From a virus (Duplodnaviria > Caudoviricetes), in IMG/VR virus record IMGVR_UViG_3300025803_000095, positions 1 through 24,703 of that record: DNA of 24,703 bases; one strand, 5' to 3'. This document shows positions 24,444 through 24,703 of this stretch, one piece after another; position 1 is the stretch's first letter; every line of letters begins with the position of its first letter. Made by a program: the position numbers and the translations under genes. The notes under the pieces were generated by a model. It was given only the letters and a program-made list of their open reading frames with translations, did no database searches and was not told the DNA's origin.

Positions 24444-24703
24444 CTAATCCTCGTTGTATAAATTATCGAAAACTCGATTTACATCCAATGTATAGTCTAA
24501 ATCAGATTTAGAGTAATGTATATGTTGAGATGGTCTAAAATCAGGCGCTCCCTCTCCAACCTGAAACCAAGCCGGATGAGTAGCACGAACTCTGTTGTTA
24601 GGTAAAGCTACAATATTTCCAGTCCATTCTCCTGCATCAAGTAGCTCTAAAACATGACTGCTTTTATGTTGAGCTGGATGATCTGCTATTTCGCTTTCAG
24701 CAT
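24444..24703 (-). CDS. Phage hypothetical protein, C-terminal 85 aa only (not in ORF track)
   Basis: Open frame from the window edge: AESEIADHPAQHKSSHVLELLDAGEWTGNIVALPNNRVRATHPAWF...LYNED*, ending 2 nt before the next ATG. Confidence 0.8.
   Translation of the reverse strand, partial: AESEIADHPAQHKSSHVLELLDAGEWTGNIVALPNNRVRATHPAWFQVGEGAPDFRPSQHIHYSKSDLDYTLDVNRVFDNLYNED

Noticed and set aside
1-24703. Stop-codon reassignment, tRNA or other structured RNA genes
   Set aside because: Genes tile the window under the standard code using TAA, TAG and TGA stops, and the largest non-coding gap is 54 bp.

Overview
A 24.7-kb, AT-rich, very densely coded fragment of a tailed dsDNA phage (Caudoviricetes, podovirus-type gene set resembling uncultured marine phages; the host cannot be assigned from this window). 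The + strand (1-2655) ends a DNA-metabolism operon: 5'-truncated SF2 helicase, Cas4/PD-(D/E)XK-like exonuclease and RusA-like resolvase. It converges, through stop codons overlapping in one CTAG, on a ~22-kb minus-strand late operon. In transcription order that operon holds: two head-tail adaptor-like genes flanking a Zn-finger/Pro-Ser-Thr linker/cupredoxin-like protein; a Maf/sialyltransferase-fold putative glycosyltransferase; small and repeat-rich virion proteins; a tail-fibre cassette; a lysis cassette (M15A peptidase plus five membrane proteins, one missed by the ORF track); a free-standing PD-(D/E)XK endonuclease; a nozzle protein; and an ejection module (extra 397-aa protein, GNAT, 451/610/1300-aa internal proteins). 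No RNA genes, CRISPR arrays, integrase, transposase or reverse transcriptase were seen. The most interesting signals are short motifs shared between unrelated virion proteins (a ~22-aa beta repeat, a WGxxxWGxxxWG motif, AxGG-type boxes), a possible virion glycosylation module, a self-cleaving chaperone on an ejection protein, and a Cas4-like nuclease apparently missing Fe-S ligands. All family calls are by-eye motif recognition, not database results.
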